Virus record (IMG/VR): IMGVR_UViG_3300027759_000051
DNA length: 64,000 nt
Reading direction: 5' to 3' (one strand)
Source: a virus
Within the stretch, counting starts at the first letter, position 1, and every line of letters starts with the position of its first letter. A program made the translations under genes and the position numbers. Below the pieces are notes generated by a model, which searched no databases, was not told the DNA's origin, and saw nothing but the letters and a program-made list of their open reading frames with translations. Below, one piece after another: positions 9,301 to 17,311 of the stretch.

Positions 9301-9590
9301 AATTTATAAAAAAGAATAAATCACTATTCCCAGAGAACTTAACAAAACATTGGGAATCGGCAGCGCACAGAAGATACTCAAGTATGAACGACGACGATGT
9401 TTGTCCATGGAATCTAAGTCCAAAGACAATTGATGAATTCGTACTAGCATGCGATAAGCGCAATGAGTGGCACAAGAGTAATGCCGGAGACCATCGCTAT
9501 TCTTGGTGGTCATGCCTATTGACGCACGACTTAATGGAAGACATCGCAAGAACATTAAAGGAAGTTAAAGATGCCCAACGGAATACATGA
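9297..9590 (+). CDS. Hypothetical protein
   Basis: 97-aa ORF overlapping both neighbours in the operon. Confidence 0.55.
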   Translation: MKFIKKNKSLFPENLTKHWESAAHRRYSSMNDDDVCPWNLSPKTIDEFVLACDKRNEWHKSNAGDHRYSWWSCLLTHDLMEDIARTLKEVKDAQRNT

Positions 9591-10350
9591 GTCGTTAAAA
9601 AACTTATCAGTTGAAGTTAATACGCTTTCTCCGCTCGATGGTAATCCAAGAATTGGAGACGTTGATGCGATCATGGCTTCATATAAAGAATTTGGTCAAT
9701 TAAAGCCGATAGTTGCCAAAAAAAACGACGACGGAACAGCAACAGTAATTGCCGGAAACCATCAATTAGCTGCCGCAATACAACTTGGGTGGGACAAGAT
9801 TGCAGTTGTTTTCATTGAGGCTGACGACAAGAGGGCGATTGCTTACGCTATTGCTGACAACAGAACCATGGAACTCGGGTATACCGAGCCAGAGTTGCTT
9901 GAGAACATGTTAAATGAAATATCTGATTACTACCCAGAGTTACTGGACGGTCTTGGCTGGGACGAGTTTGACATGGCAGAGATTGAGCAATCTTCACTGC
10001 GTGAAGGTTCTGAACTTTCCACCAGTGGAGTCTACTCAACTCCAGTAATGGTTGACCAAAAACCAAAGTTTGACGATCCCGTAAGACTTCACGTAGAAGA
10101 AGACGAGGATGGCGATAGGAAAATAGTTGCTTCGCCCGGAATGGATCACAACGATATAGCAATCAGGGGTTCAACGATAAACTCACCTTCGCCACAGGCT
10201 GTCGTTCAGTACACATTAGTGTTTGATAACACGGATCAGCAAGCAATTTGGTATGACTTCATAAGGTGGCTAAGGAATGATCCAGCAATTGTTGGGTCAA
10301 CAACCGCAGAACGCTTAGTTGATTTCATACAGGCACGCACAGAGGTATGA
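9571..10350 (+). CDS. ParB/Sulfiredoxin N-terminal domain protein
   Basis: GNPRIGDVDAIMASYKEFGQLKPIV...VIAGNHQL...AIADNR. Confidence 0.85.
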   Translation: MPNGIHESLKNLSVEVNTLSPLDGNPRIGDVDAIMASYKEFGQLKPIVAKKNDDGTATVIAGNHQLAAAIQLGWDKIAVVFIEADDKRAIAYAIADNRTMELGYTEPELLENMLNEISDYYPELLDGLGWDEFDMAEIEQSSLREGSELSTSGVYSTPVMVDQKPKFDDPVRLHVEEDEDGDRKIVASPGMDHNDIAIRGSTINSPSPQAVVQYTLVFDNTDQQAIWYDFIRWLRNDPAIVGSTTAERLVDFIQARTEV

Positions 10351-11489
10351 CAAGACAGAGAATGTTCCTTGACATGACATGTGTTGAGGCTGCTAGGCAG
10401 AGAATAAGACACGTATACGATACTTTTGACACCGTATGCGTTCAGTTCTCTGGAGGCAAGGACTCAACAGCAGTTATGTACCTCGCAAAAGAGATACACG
10501 AAGAGCGTGGACTCGGCCCGGTGAAAGTTATCTTCAGAGATGAAGAAATGGTTAGTCCAGCGACAATCAAGTATGTTGAGAAGGTTCGCAATTACGACTG
10601 GGTTGACATGGAATGGTATTGCCTTCCATACCCAGCGGAGATATGGATACTTGGAACCAGAGTAACAACACTGCTATGGAGTAATGCCAGAAAAGAACAG
10701 GGAAGGCTTGTCAGAGATATTCCTGAATGGGCAATTACTGGAGAAAACTTCGGGCTGACTCATGATGTCTCTCTTCCAGAACAGACTGATTACTACACCA
10801 TGCAGGGAAAGACTGGAAACGTAGCTTTCATCACTGGAGTTAGAGCCAGTGAGTCAATGGTTCGCTACAGGTCATGCGTACAGAAGTTACACGAAAGCTA
10901 CATAGTTACTCCGTACAAGTTGAAGCGCAGTATTCCAATGAAGTTCGCAAAGATCATTTACGACTGGAATACGAATGATGTATTCAAGTATATAATTGAT
11001 GAGCATGACGCTGACTTTTGTGAGTACTACGAACTGGCTGCAATGACGGGAAGTAATACAAGAATTGGCATTCCTCTTCACAGCGTGGCGATTAGGAGAA
11101 TAGGTGACGTTGTGGCAACTGAGCCAGAATTCTATGATCGCCTCTTCGAGTGCTTCCCTGACATTGATGCTCAAAAAAGATGGTGGCCTGATTTTGATAT
11201 TGAAAAACTTATTTTAAAGTATTCGGAAAAAGGATTTGACGGAGCATCTGCGTTCATCAACGATTACTTAATTGGTGACAGGAGAAAAATGGAGGCCAAG
11301 GCTTATGTCGCCAAGTTTAGGAAAAAACACTTTGAGAGTCCTTCCTCTTACCCGATAAGTTGGCTAATAAGAAACCTCGCCTTAAATGATATAGATGTAA
11401 ATTCACCAAGCCCAGTCGGACCTGGAACTAGGGCTTATACCGTTCGTGAAATGGAAACAGAGAAAAGTAATGAACATCCCGAAGATTGA
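10347..11489 (+). CDS. PAPS-reductase-like PP-loop protein (IbrA/YbdN-like)
   Basis: AARQRIRHVYDTFD, PP-loop FSGGKDS, FRDEE, GVRASESMVR, IYDWNTNDVF. Confidence 0.88.
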   Translation: MTRQRMFLDMTCVEAARQRIRHVYDTFDTVCVQFSGGKDSTAVMYLAKEIHEERGLGPVKVIFRDEEMVSPATIKYVEKVRNYDWVDMEWYCLPYPAEIWILGTRVTTLLWSNARKEQGRLVRDIPEWAITGENFGLTHDVSLPEQTDYYTMQGKTGNVAFITGVRASESMVRYRSCVQKLHESYIVTPYKLKRSIPMKFAKIIYDWNTNDVFKYIIDEHDADFCEYYELAAMTGSNTRIGIPLHSVAIRRIGDVVATEPEFYDRLFECFPDIDAQKRWWPDFDIEKLILKYSEKGFDGASAFINDYLIGDRRKMEAKAYVAKFRKKHFESPSSYPISWLIRNLALNDIDVNSPSPVGPGTRAYTVREMETEKSNEHPED

Positions 11490-12027
11490 GATTGTGCCCA
11501 TTGATGAATTAGTCGTCCCTAGTTGGAGAGCAACTCACACGCTGAGACCAAACTTGCTGACAGTTTCAGCCTCCTTGGTAAAGTACGGGTTCATACAACC
11601 GATCCACGTTATGAGCCGTAAAAACATAATTATTGACGGCACGGAAAGGGTGAACCTATGCATGTCGGTAAAGAAACTATCTGAAATAAAAAGCAGTGGT
11701 ATACCAGTCATTTTTCATGACATATCTGAACAAGAAGCAATGATGATGCACCTTCAGTTCAATAGGGGAAATGGAAACATCGTTGCGAAGAGAATGTCTT
11801 CAATAGTAAGGAAGCTGTACGTTTCTAGTGCATATACAGAAAAAGACTTCAATGAAATGCTTTGCATGAAGAATTCAGAGTTTAGTTTAATGCTTGACGG
11901 ATCTATTTTTAAGAATAGAAAGATACAGGAACACAACTACTCAAGGGCGTGGGTTCCAGTAGAGGCTCCACCTGGCACGATTGACAATGGACCCTTCATA
12001 GAGAAACCGCCAAATGACGATAGGTGA
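11470..12027 (+). CDS. ParB-like protein (IbrB/YbdM-like)
   Basis: SLVKYGFIQPI...IIDGTER...FNRGNG...YSRAWVP; overlaps the IbrA-like gene. Confidence 0.8.
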   Translation: MNIPKIEIVPIDELVVPSWRATHTLRPNLLTVSASLVKYGFIQPIHVMSRKNIIIDGTERVNLCMSVKKLSEIKSSGIPVIFHDISEQEAMMMHLQFNRGNGNIVAKRMSSIVRKLYVSSAYTEKDFNEMLCMKNSEFSLMLDGSIFKNRKIQEHNYSRAWVPVEAPPGTIDNGPFIEKPPNDDR

Positions 12028-12089
12028 AAGTTAAAAAAATTGAAAATGCTATAATCTTCTCTACCGACTATCATTAGAGGAGCAAATTT

Positions 12090-12593
12090 ATGCCTGGATT
12101 GCGCTATGGCCCAGACATTACGGATGATGCGGCATCGTTGATGATTTCCGAAAACAAGATGAAAGCAAGGCTTCGTGCTGCGCAGAATCCAAGAACTCAG
12201 CAAACCATTAAAGCAAGACTTGCAAGACTCAATCAAACTACTCAGGATGTTTTCGGCAGTAGGGAAAACAGAAACAGACTTGCGCAGTATTCAATTGGAA
12301 ATGCTGGCTATGCAAGGGGAAACAGGACTAGCGGAACAAGAAAAGCAATTAGGAGTCCATTGGGCGGACCTGCGCAGAAAGCTGGGAAAACAGGGTTTAG
12401 AGCTCGTCCCGGCATAAAGAGATCGGATGGATCACTTTATAGGCAGGCAACCGCAAGGGCTAAAGAAAACGCAGCAGAATTCAAGAAGTCAGTTAGCGCA
12501 TCAAGCAGGCAGCCATCAACAACTAGGGCCAAGGCAAAACAATCAGTTGCTAAAAAAGCTCAGGCTGCCCGCAAAACTCCAAGAAAAAAATAA
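12090..12593 (+). CDS. Highly basic Arg/Lys/Ala-rich protein (possible DNA-condensing or core protein)
   Basis: Composition; own -10 (TGCTATAAT near 12047) and SD GAGGAG. Confidence 0.7.
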   Translation: MPGLRYGPDITDDAASLMISENKMKARLRAAQNPRTQQTIKARLARLNQTTQDVFGSRENRNRLAQYSIGNAGYARGNRTSGTRKAIRSPLGGPAQKAGKTGFRARPGIKRSDGSLYRQATARAKENAAEFKKSVSASSRQPSTTRAKAKQSVAKKAQAARKTPRKK

Positions 12594-12609
12594 ATAGGCG
12601 GATGCAAGA

Positions 12610-13257
12610 ATGATAGTGACAAAAGCTGAATTAACCAATTACATGGACATCAAGCTTAGTTTGCGTCAACAGGACGCTGCTGACCTTATTCTTGCAGGTC
12701 TCCAAGGCGAATTGGAAGCATATCTTCGCAGACCAATAGAGCCGCTTGAATTTGAAGAGGAATATAGACTCCCCTCAAATCAACACGGAGTTCCGATGGG
12801 GACCTTCTTGAGTACAAATACCTCAAACCAATACTCTGACTCATTTTCAACAAACCCTGTTGACTCAATGATTTACGCAGAACCACCAAAAATGATTTAT
12901 TTGAGAAACTCTCCAGTCATTGAAGTAATTTCGGTTACCGTAAAACCAGTACACGGCACACTTAGAACGTTAGTTGTTGATGACGACTACGTCGCTCATA
13001 GGTTTGGCCTTGAATATTTCTATGGTTTTGAGAATGACTTGGTCACCGTAAACTACACCGCTGGGCTTGATGGAGGTACGCTTCCTTTCCTCAAATTACT
13101 TATACTGCGCGCGGCATCACGGGAAATGCAAAACCTGCATGATGACGTAGTTGGCGTAAAGGATCTCGAAACACGTAACGTTGGTCCGCTTGTAACTGGA
13201 TTCCTTGACACGGAACTTGCATCTGTAAGCAGGTATAGGAGAAGGCGAATAGCATAA
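12610..13257 (+). CDS. Head-tail connector/adaptor
   Basis: ELTNYM...ELEAYLRRPI...SPVIEVISV...VTVNYTAG...RYRRRR; position before tail genes. Confidence 0.8.
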   Translation: MIVTKAELTNYMDIKLSLRQQDAADLILAGLQGELEAYLRRPIEPLEFEEEYRLPSNQHGVPMGTFLSTNTSNQYSDSFSTNPVDSMIYAEPPKMIYLRNSPVIEVISVTVKPVHGTLRTLVVDDDYVAHRFGLEYFYGFENDLVTVNYTAGLDGGTLPFLKLLILRAASREMQNLHDDVVGVKDLETRNVGPLVTGFLDTELASVSRYRRRRIA

Positions 13258-13730
13258 TGGCTCCCCCCATTCTAATAACTCTCACCATTGACATTGATGA
13301 GACGATGGACAATATAAAAGACATTGAGAAAAGAAGTAGAAACTTCTCTCCCGTATGGAGATGGGCAAAGAGAAGCCTAGAAAGGTCTTTTTCTGAGAAC
13401 TTCCGTGCTGGCGGTTCCTTAGTTGGTGGATGGGATCCGCTTGACGTTGGTTATTCATCGTGGAAGACTGAACATTTTCCCGGTAGAGGCAAATTGCGCG
13501 TCAGTGGCAAACTTTTCCGTAGCATATCAAGCCTTGATGGTGGAGTAAATAAAATTGAAAAGTTAAGCGCTACATTTGGAACAGATGTAGAATATGCAAA
13601 ATTCCACCAGTATGGGACGACGAAAATGCCATCAAGAAAAATAGTATTTGAGCCTGCTGGATTTAAGCGTGAACTCAATAAAAAAATGGTTGACTATGTT
13701 GTCAATGGTAAAAAAAGCATGGTTGACTGA
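13257..13730 (+). CDS. Virion morphogenesis (neck/tail completion) protein
   Basis: GGWDPL, LRVSGKLFRSI, GTDVEYAKFHQYGTTKMPSR. Confidence 0.85.
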   Translation: MAPPILITLTIDIDETMDNIKDIEKRSRNFSPVWRWAKRSLERSFSENFRAGGSLVGGWDPLDVGYSSWKTEHFPGRGKLRVSGKLFRSISSLDGGVNKIEKLSATFGTDVEYAKFHQYGTTKMPSRKIVFEPAGFKRELNKKMVDYVVNGKKSMVD

Positions 13731-14377
13731 TGCCGCTTTCTTCGTATCCGCTGATGCATGGTGCTCAGTTTGCTAAATCATATGTTAACAATTATTTTAA
13801 ACAGGACATACCGGTCCGCATTGTTGATTACAGAAATGGTTGGCAGGTTGACGACATAAACCTACCCACCCCAGAGGAATTCTTGGTTTACGAGCCGATA
13901 GCAATTGACTCTTGGCCGACCGTAATAACCGTTGCAATATCAACAAGCCAGCTAGCAAGGCTTGGATTTTCTGGCCCAGATCCCCTCTACAGGGTTGCCT
14001 ATCAAATGAGAACATATGTTTGGGTTAGGTGTGAAGGATCTGAAGAAGTGACGATTATGAGAGACAGGCTCACAACTGTATTGAGAGCAGCCCTTCTTGA
14101 TTATCCGTGTCTCAAAGCTTACGACGAGCGTGAGTCGTTCAGGGTAAGCATAGATGAAGGAAGCCTAAGGGAAGAGTTCTCAGACATCACGCTACTCAAG
14201 GGAGACAGGATGATGGCTGGGGCATATCTTGGCTACACTCTTGAAATTGATGAGATTGTATCACGTAAGCCAATTGGCACACTTTCCGAGATACAGGTTG
14301 ATATCGTTCCTCACTCCATGAGCGCATCCATCAACGTTTCTGGCAGTGTTTCAAGCCCTGAAGTAGTCGTAAATTGA
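13730..14377 (+). CDS. Tail completion/terminator protein
   Basis: Position between neck gene and sheath; translationally coupled. Confidence 0.6.
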   Translation: MPLSSYPLMHGAQFAKSYVNNYFKQDIPVRIVDYRNGWQVDDINLPTPEEFLVYEPIAIDSWPTVITVAISTSQLARLGFSGPDPLYRVAYQMRTYVWVRCEGSEEVTIMRDRLTTVLRAALLDYPCLKAYDERESFRVSIDEGSLREEFSDITLLKGDRMMAGAYLGYTLEIDEIVSRKPIGTLSEIQVDIVPHSMSASINVSGSVSSPEVVVN

Positions 14378-14420
14378 CAATATATTTACAGGAACCCTTT
14401 TATTATATTCTTTTTGATAC

Positions 14421-14455
14421 AGTTGCATCAGATAAACCTCTATCATCTGTACAAT
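14421..14455 (+). promoter_or_regulatory. Putative promoter of tail sheath operon
   Basis: AGTTGCA...TACAAT in AT-rich intergenic DNA; similar elements at 16510-16543 and 32823-32860. Confidence 0.5.
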
Positions 14456-14507
14456 ATAATTCGTTAGGCGGGGTCAATCCCCAAGACAAGATTTATAGGA
14501 AGGTCTC

Positions 14508-15998
14508 ATGCCAGGCGTAGTTATCTCCACAGCAGTAAGAACGGGTCCTTCATCGGCAACGGTTCGCGAGTCATCACAGCTTTTCGTTGTTGGACTGGCA
14601 GAGCGCGGTCCATCCGATGAAGCTGTCCTAGTACAAAGCCTTGCCGAATTTGAAAACATATTTGGCGGTTTTTTTCTTTCAACATCGTACCTTCACCCAA
14701 CGGTAGAAACCTTCTTTGAAGAAGGTGGAACTCAGGCTTACGTAGCACGCGTTGTTGGCTCATCCGCAACGACTGGCACAAGAGTATTGCTTGGAACTGC
14801 CTCAGCATCGGCTACCACCGTAATGACGATTGATGCAACTGGCCCGGGCTCTTGGAGTTCTAACGTGTCGGTTACCGTTGAGCATGTTGGTGCATCTTCC
14901 TTCAAGGTAAAGATTCTTTACTCTTCTGTTGAGGTTTACAGCACCGGAACAGTCACTAGCCTTACTCAAGCAGCTGGAAGAATCAATAGCAGCACAATTG
15001 CTTCACGTTACGTAGTGGCAAGTGTTGCTAGCGGTCAGACTGCTCGCCCTGCCTCTGGAACACTTGCCCTTTCTGCTGGTGATTCAAACCTTGGAACAGT
15101 TGCTAACTCAACCTATATAACTGCTCTTGATCTTTTCAATGATGCTCTTGGTACTGGTGCTGTATGTATTCCAGAAGTTGAGAATGCAACAAACAACACG
15201 ACATACACTGTTTCTGAAGCATTGGTAACTCATGCAAACGCAAACAGCAGAATTGCAATCCTGCATGGAGCGATAGACGATACGTCTGCTGAAGTCATTG
15301 CAAAAGCTGCATCAATCCAGGCTGACGATAATGCTGAGCATGCAGCAATCTACTACCCATGGGTTGATGTTCCAACAACAACTGCTGGCGTTACTCGTAG
15401 AATTCCACCAGATGGCTATGTTGCTGCTAAGAGGGCACTTGCCCACAACCAGTCCGGCCCACAAGTGGCTGCAGCTGGCTTGATCTCTGCATCAAGATTT
15501 GTTTCTGGTATTGCTACGGAGATCAACAAGACCACTGGCGATGCTCTCGATGACGCATCTGTCAACGCAATAAGAATCATCCAGAACTCTGTAAGAATCT
15601 ATGGTGCTCGTTCGCTTTCATCAGACACAGATAACTTCAGATACATAACTACTCAGGACATCGTCAATCATGTTGTCGTTGAGGCACAGAGATCACTGGA
15701 AGACCTTGTGTTCGGTGTGATTGACGGCAGAGACACAATCTTTGCTGCAATAACTTCAAGGCTCATATCAATTCTTGCCCCAATGCGCGATATTGGTGCA
15801 TTGTTCCAAGCATTTGATGCTAATGGTAAAAAAATTGACTCTGGGTTCACGGTTAGGTGCGATGCTGCTCTTAACCCTGTCTCTCAGCTTGCGGGTGGAA
15901 CCGTGAAAGCAAAGGTTGGCCTTCGCACAAGTAGCGTAGGCGATAAAATAGAGGTTGAGATTACCAAGTCTAACCTCACGGCAACTGTCGTTCAATAA
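14508..15998 (+). CDS. Contractile tail sheath protein
   Basis: MPGVVI, GLAERGP, FFEEGG..AYVARV, AAIYYPWV, PPDGYVAA, VNAIR...RIYGARSL. Confidence 0.95.
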   Translation: MPGVVISTAVRTGPSSATVRESSQLFVVGLAERGPSDEAVLVQSLAEFENIFGGFFLSTSYLHPTVETFFEEGGTQAYVARVVGSSATTGTRVLLGTASASATTVMTIDATGPGSWSSNVSVTVEHVGASSFKVKILYSSVEVYSTGTVTSLTQAAGRINSSTIASRYVVASVASGQTARPASGTLALSAGDSNLGTVANSTYITALDLFNDALGTGAVCIPEVENATNNTTYTVSEALVTHANANSRIAILHGAIDDTSAEVIAKAASIQADDNAEHAAIYYPWVDVPTTTAGVTRRIPPDGYVAAKRALAHNQSGPQVAAAGLISASRFVSGIATEINKTTGDALDDASVNAIRIIQNSVRIYGARSLSSDTDNFRYITTQDIVNHVVVEAQRSLEDLVFGVIDGRDTIFAAITSRLISILAPMRDIGALFQAFDANGKKIDSGFTVRCDAALNPVSQLAGGTVKAKVGLRTSSVGDKIEVEITKSNLTATVVQ

Positions 15999-16012
15999 CG
16001 GAGGAATGACTA

Positions 16013-16480
16013 ATGGCAAAAGTATCTCAAAGGCAAGTTCTCGGGAGCATAGTTCCAGTTGACACACTAAAACACCCAAAGTGGACTGGATTTAAGTTCG
16101 CTCAAGTTTCTGGTGGCGAAATAACTGCTTCAGTAGAAAAAATCTATGAAGGCGGAAAGTTGCGCCCAACAGTAATCTGTGCACCATCAGAAATAGGTGA
16201 CATCACGCTTACTGCACACTATGACGATGAAAGAATTGGTTCTGACACAGCAAGCGGAATAGCAGCAAAAATAGCTGACTTGCGCCCACTTGTTGGAAGA
16301 GCGAAGTACAACGTCACGGTAGAAACTTTTGACTGCGACCTCGCTGTTCCTGGTACCGACAGAGTTTATGCAAATGCTCTCTTGGTTGGCATAACTGAGC
16401 CAGACGGCGACTCTTCATCTGGTGCTCCAGCAACCTTCGCTTTGACCTTTGCGGTCGAGGACGTTGAATCAGGCGCTTAA
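16013..16480 (+). CDS. Tail tube protein
   Basis: 155 aa directly after the sheath; FAQVSGGEIT, GDITLT, FALTF. Confidence 0.85.
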   Translation: MAKVSQRQVLGSIVPVDTLKHPKWTGFKFAQVSGGEITASVEKIYEGGKLRPTVICAPSEIGDITLTAHYDDERIGSDTASGIAAKIADLRPLVGRAKYNVTVETFDCDLAVPGTDRVYANALLVGITEPDGDSSSGAPATFALTFAVEDVESGA

Positions 16481-16550
16481 TACTTTCTGCGCTTTAAAAA
16501 TCTGCTCGTAGTTCCACTAAGCGCAATTTTGCTGTGCTAAGTTTCCGACT

Positions 16551-17090
16551 ATGACAACAGAAAATAACTCACTCTATACTCCAGAAGAGCCAGCAAAAAC
16601 ACCAAAACAACCTGTTTTGGCAAAGGCTCCTGCTGATGAAACATTGTTGCAGAAACTGACCAGTACGATCAATAAAAAAGTTGAACGTCAGGCTGTCCAC
16701 ATAGATGTTCCAGAACGTCCCGGTGTAAGCATCAAGATTAGCCCTAACATTACTCAGAATCAGATGCGCCAGTGGAGAAAGAATGCTGGTGAGGATTCAA
16801 GAAACGGTATGGACGCAACAAAGTTTGCCTGTTCCGTTATTGGTCATACAACCGTTGGTATCTACATGAATGGCGAAGAAGTATTTGACGAAGATGGCAA
16901 TGAATTGACATTTGCTTCTCCGTTAGTTCTCAAGATGACCGAAACGACACGACCACTTCCAGACTGTGTTCGTGAATTCTTTGGGGTTGACCCTCATATT
17001 GAGGCTGCCGCTCTTGCAATCCTTGATGCTTCTGGCTACTCAGACACGGTGGAAACTGTGGACCCTACGAAGGAGTCTTCAGCGATCTAG
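16551..17090 (+). CDS. Tail assembly chaperone (G-like)
   Basis: Lies between tube and tape measure; overlapped by a startless -1 frame ORF. Confidence 0.8.
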   Translation: MTTENNSLYTPEEPAKTPKQPVLAKAPADETLLQKLTSTINKKVERQAVHIDVPERPGVSIKISPNITQNQMRQWRKNAGEDSRNGMDATKFACSVIGHTTVGIYMNGEEVFDEDGNELTFASPLVLKMTETTRPLPDCVREFFGVDPHIEAAALAILDASGYSDTVETVDPTKESSAI

Positions 17091-17260
17091 TTGAGGACTC
17101 ATCCGTAATTACGGCAGCTCGTCTTGGAGAATTATTTGGAACAGATCCAATAAGGCTATTAGATTGTAGCGAAAATGAATGGTTAATACGTCTAGCTTGT
17201 GCTACAGTAATAAGTAACGACCGCGAAGAGCAAGAACGTAAGGCAAAAGCCAAGGGGTAG
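17027..17260 (+). CDS. Tail assembly chaperone extension (T-like), probably reached by -1 frameshift
   Basis: -1 frame open from 17027 to 17260 with no ATG/GTG/TTG: ...PYEGVFSDLVEDSSVITAARLGELFGTDPIRLLDCSENEWLIRLACATVISNDREEQERKAKAKG*. Confidence 0.75.
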   Translation, partial: CFWLLRHGGNCGPYEGVFSDLVEDSSVITAARLGELFGTDPIRLLDCSENEWLIRLACATVISNDREEQERKAKAKG

Positions 17261-17311
17261 AAACCCCATTCTTACACTCACGTGATTTTCATAAAATCGT
17301 GGAGCTCGCAA

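Noticed and set aside
10347-11489. CysH sulfate-assimilation auxiliary gene
   Set aside because: It lacks the C-terminal ECG(L/I)H motif, and its length and ParB partners fit IbrA/YbdN.
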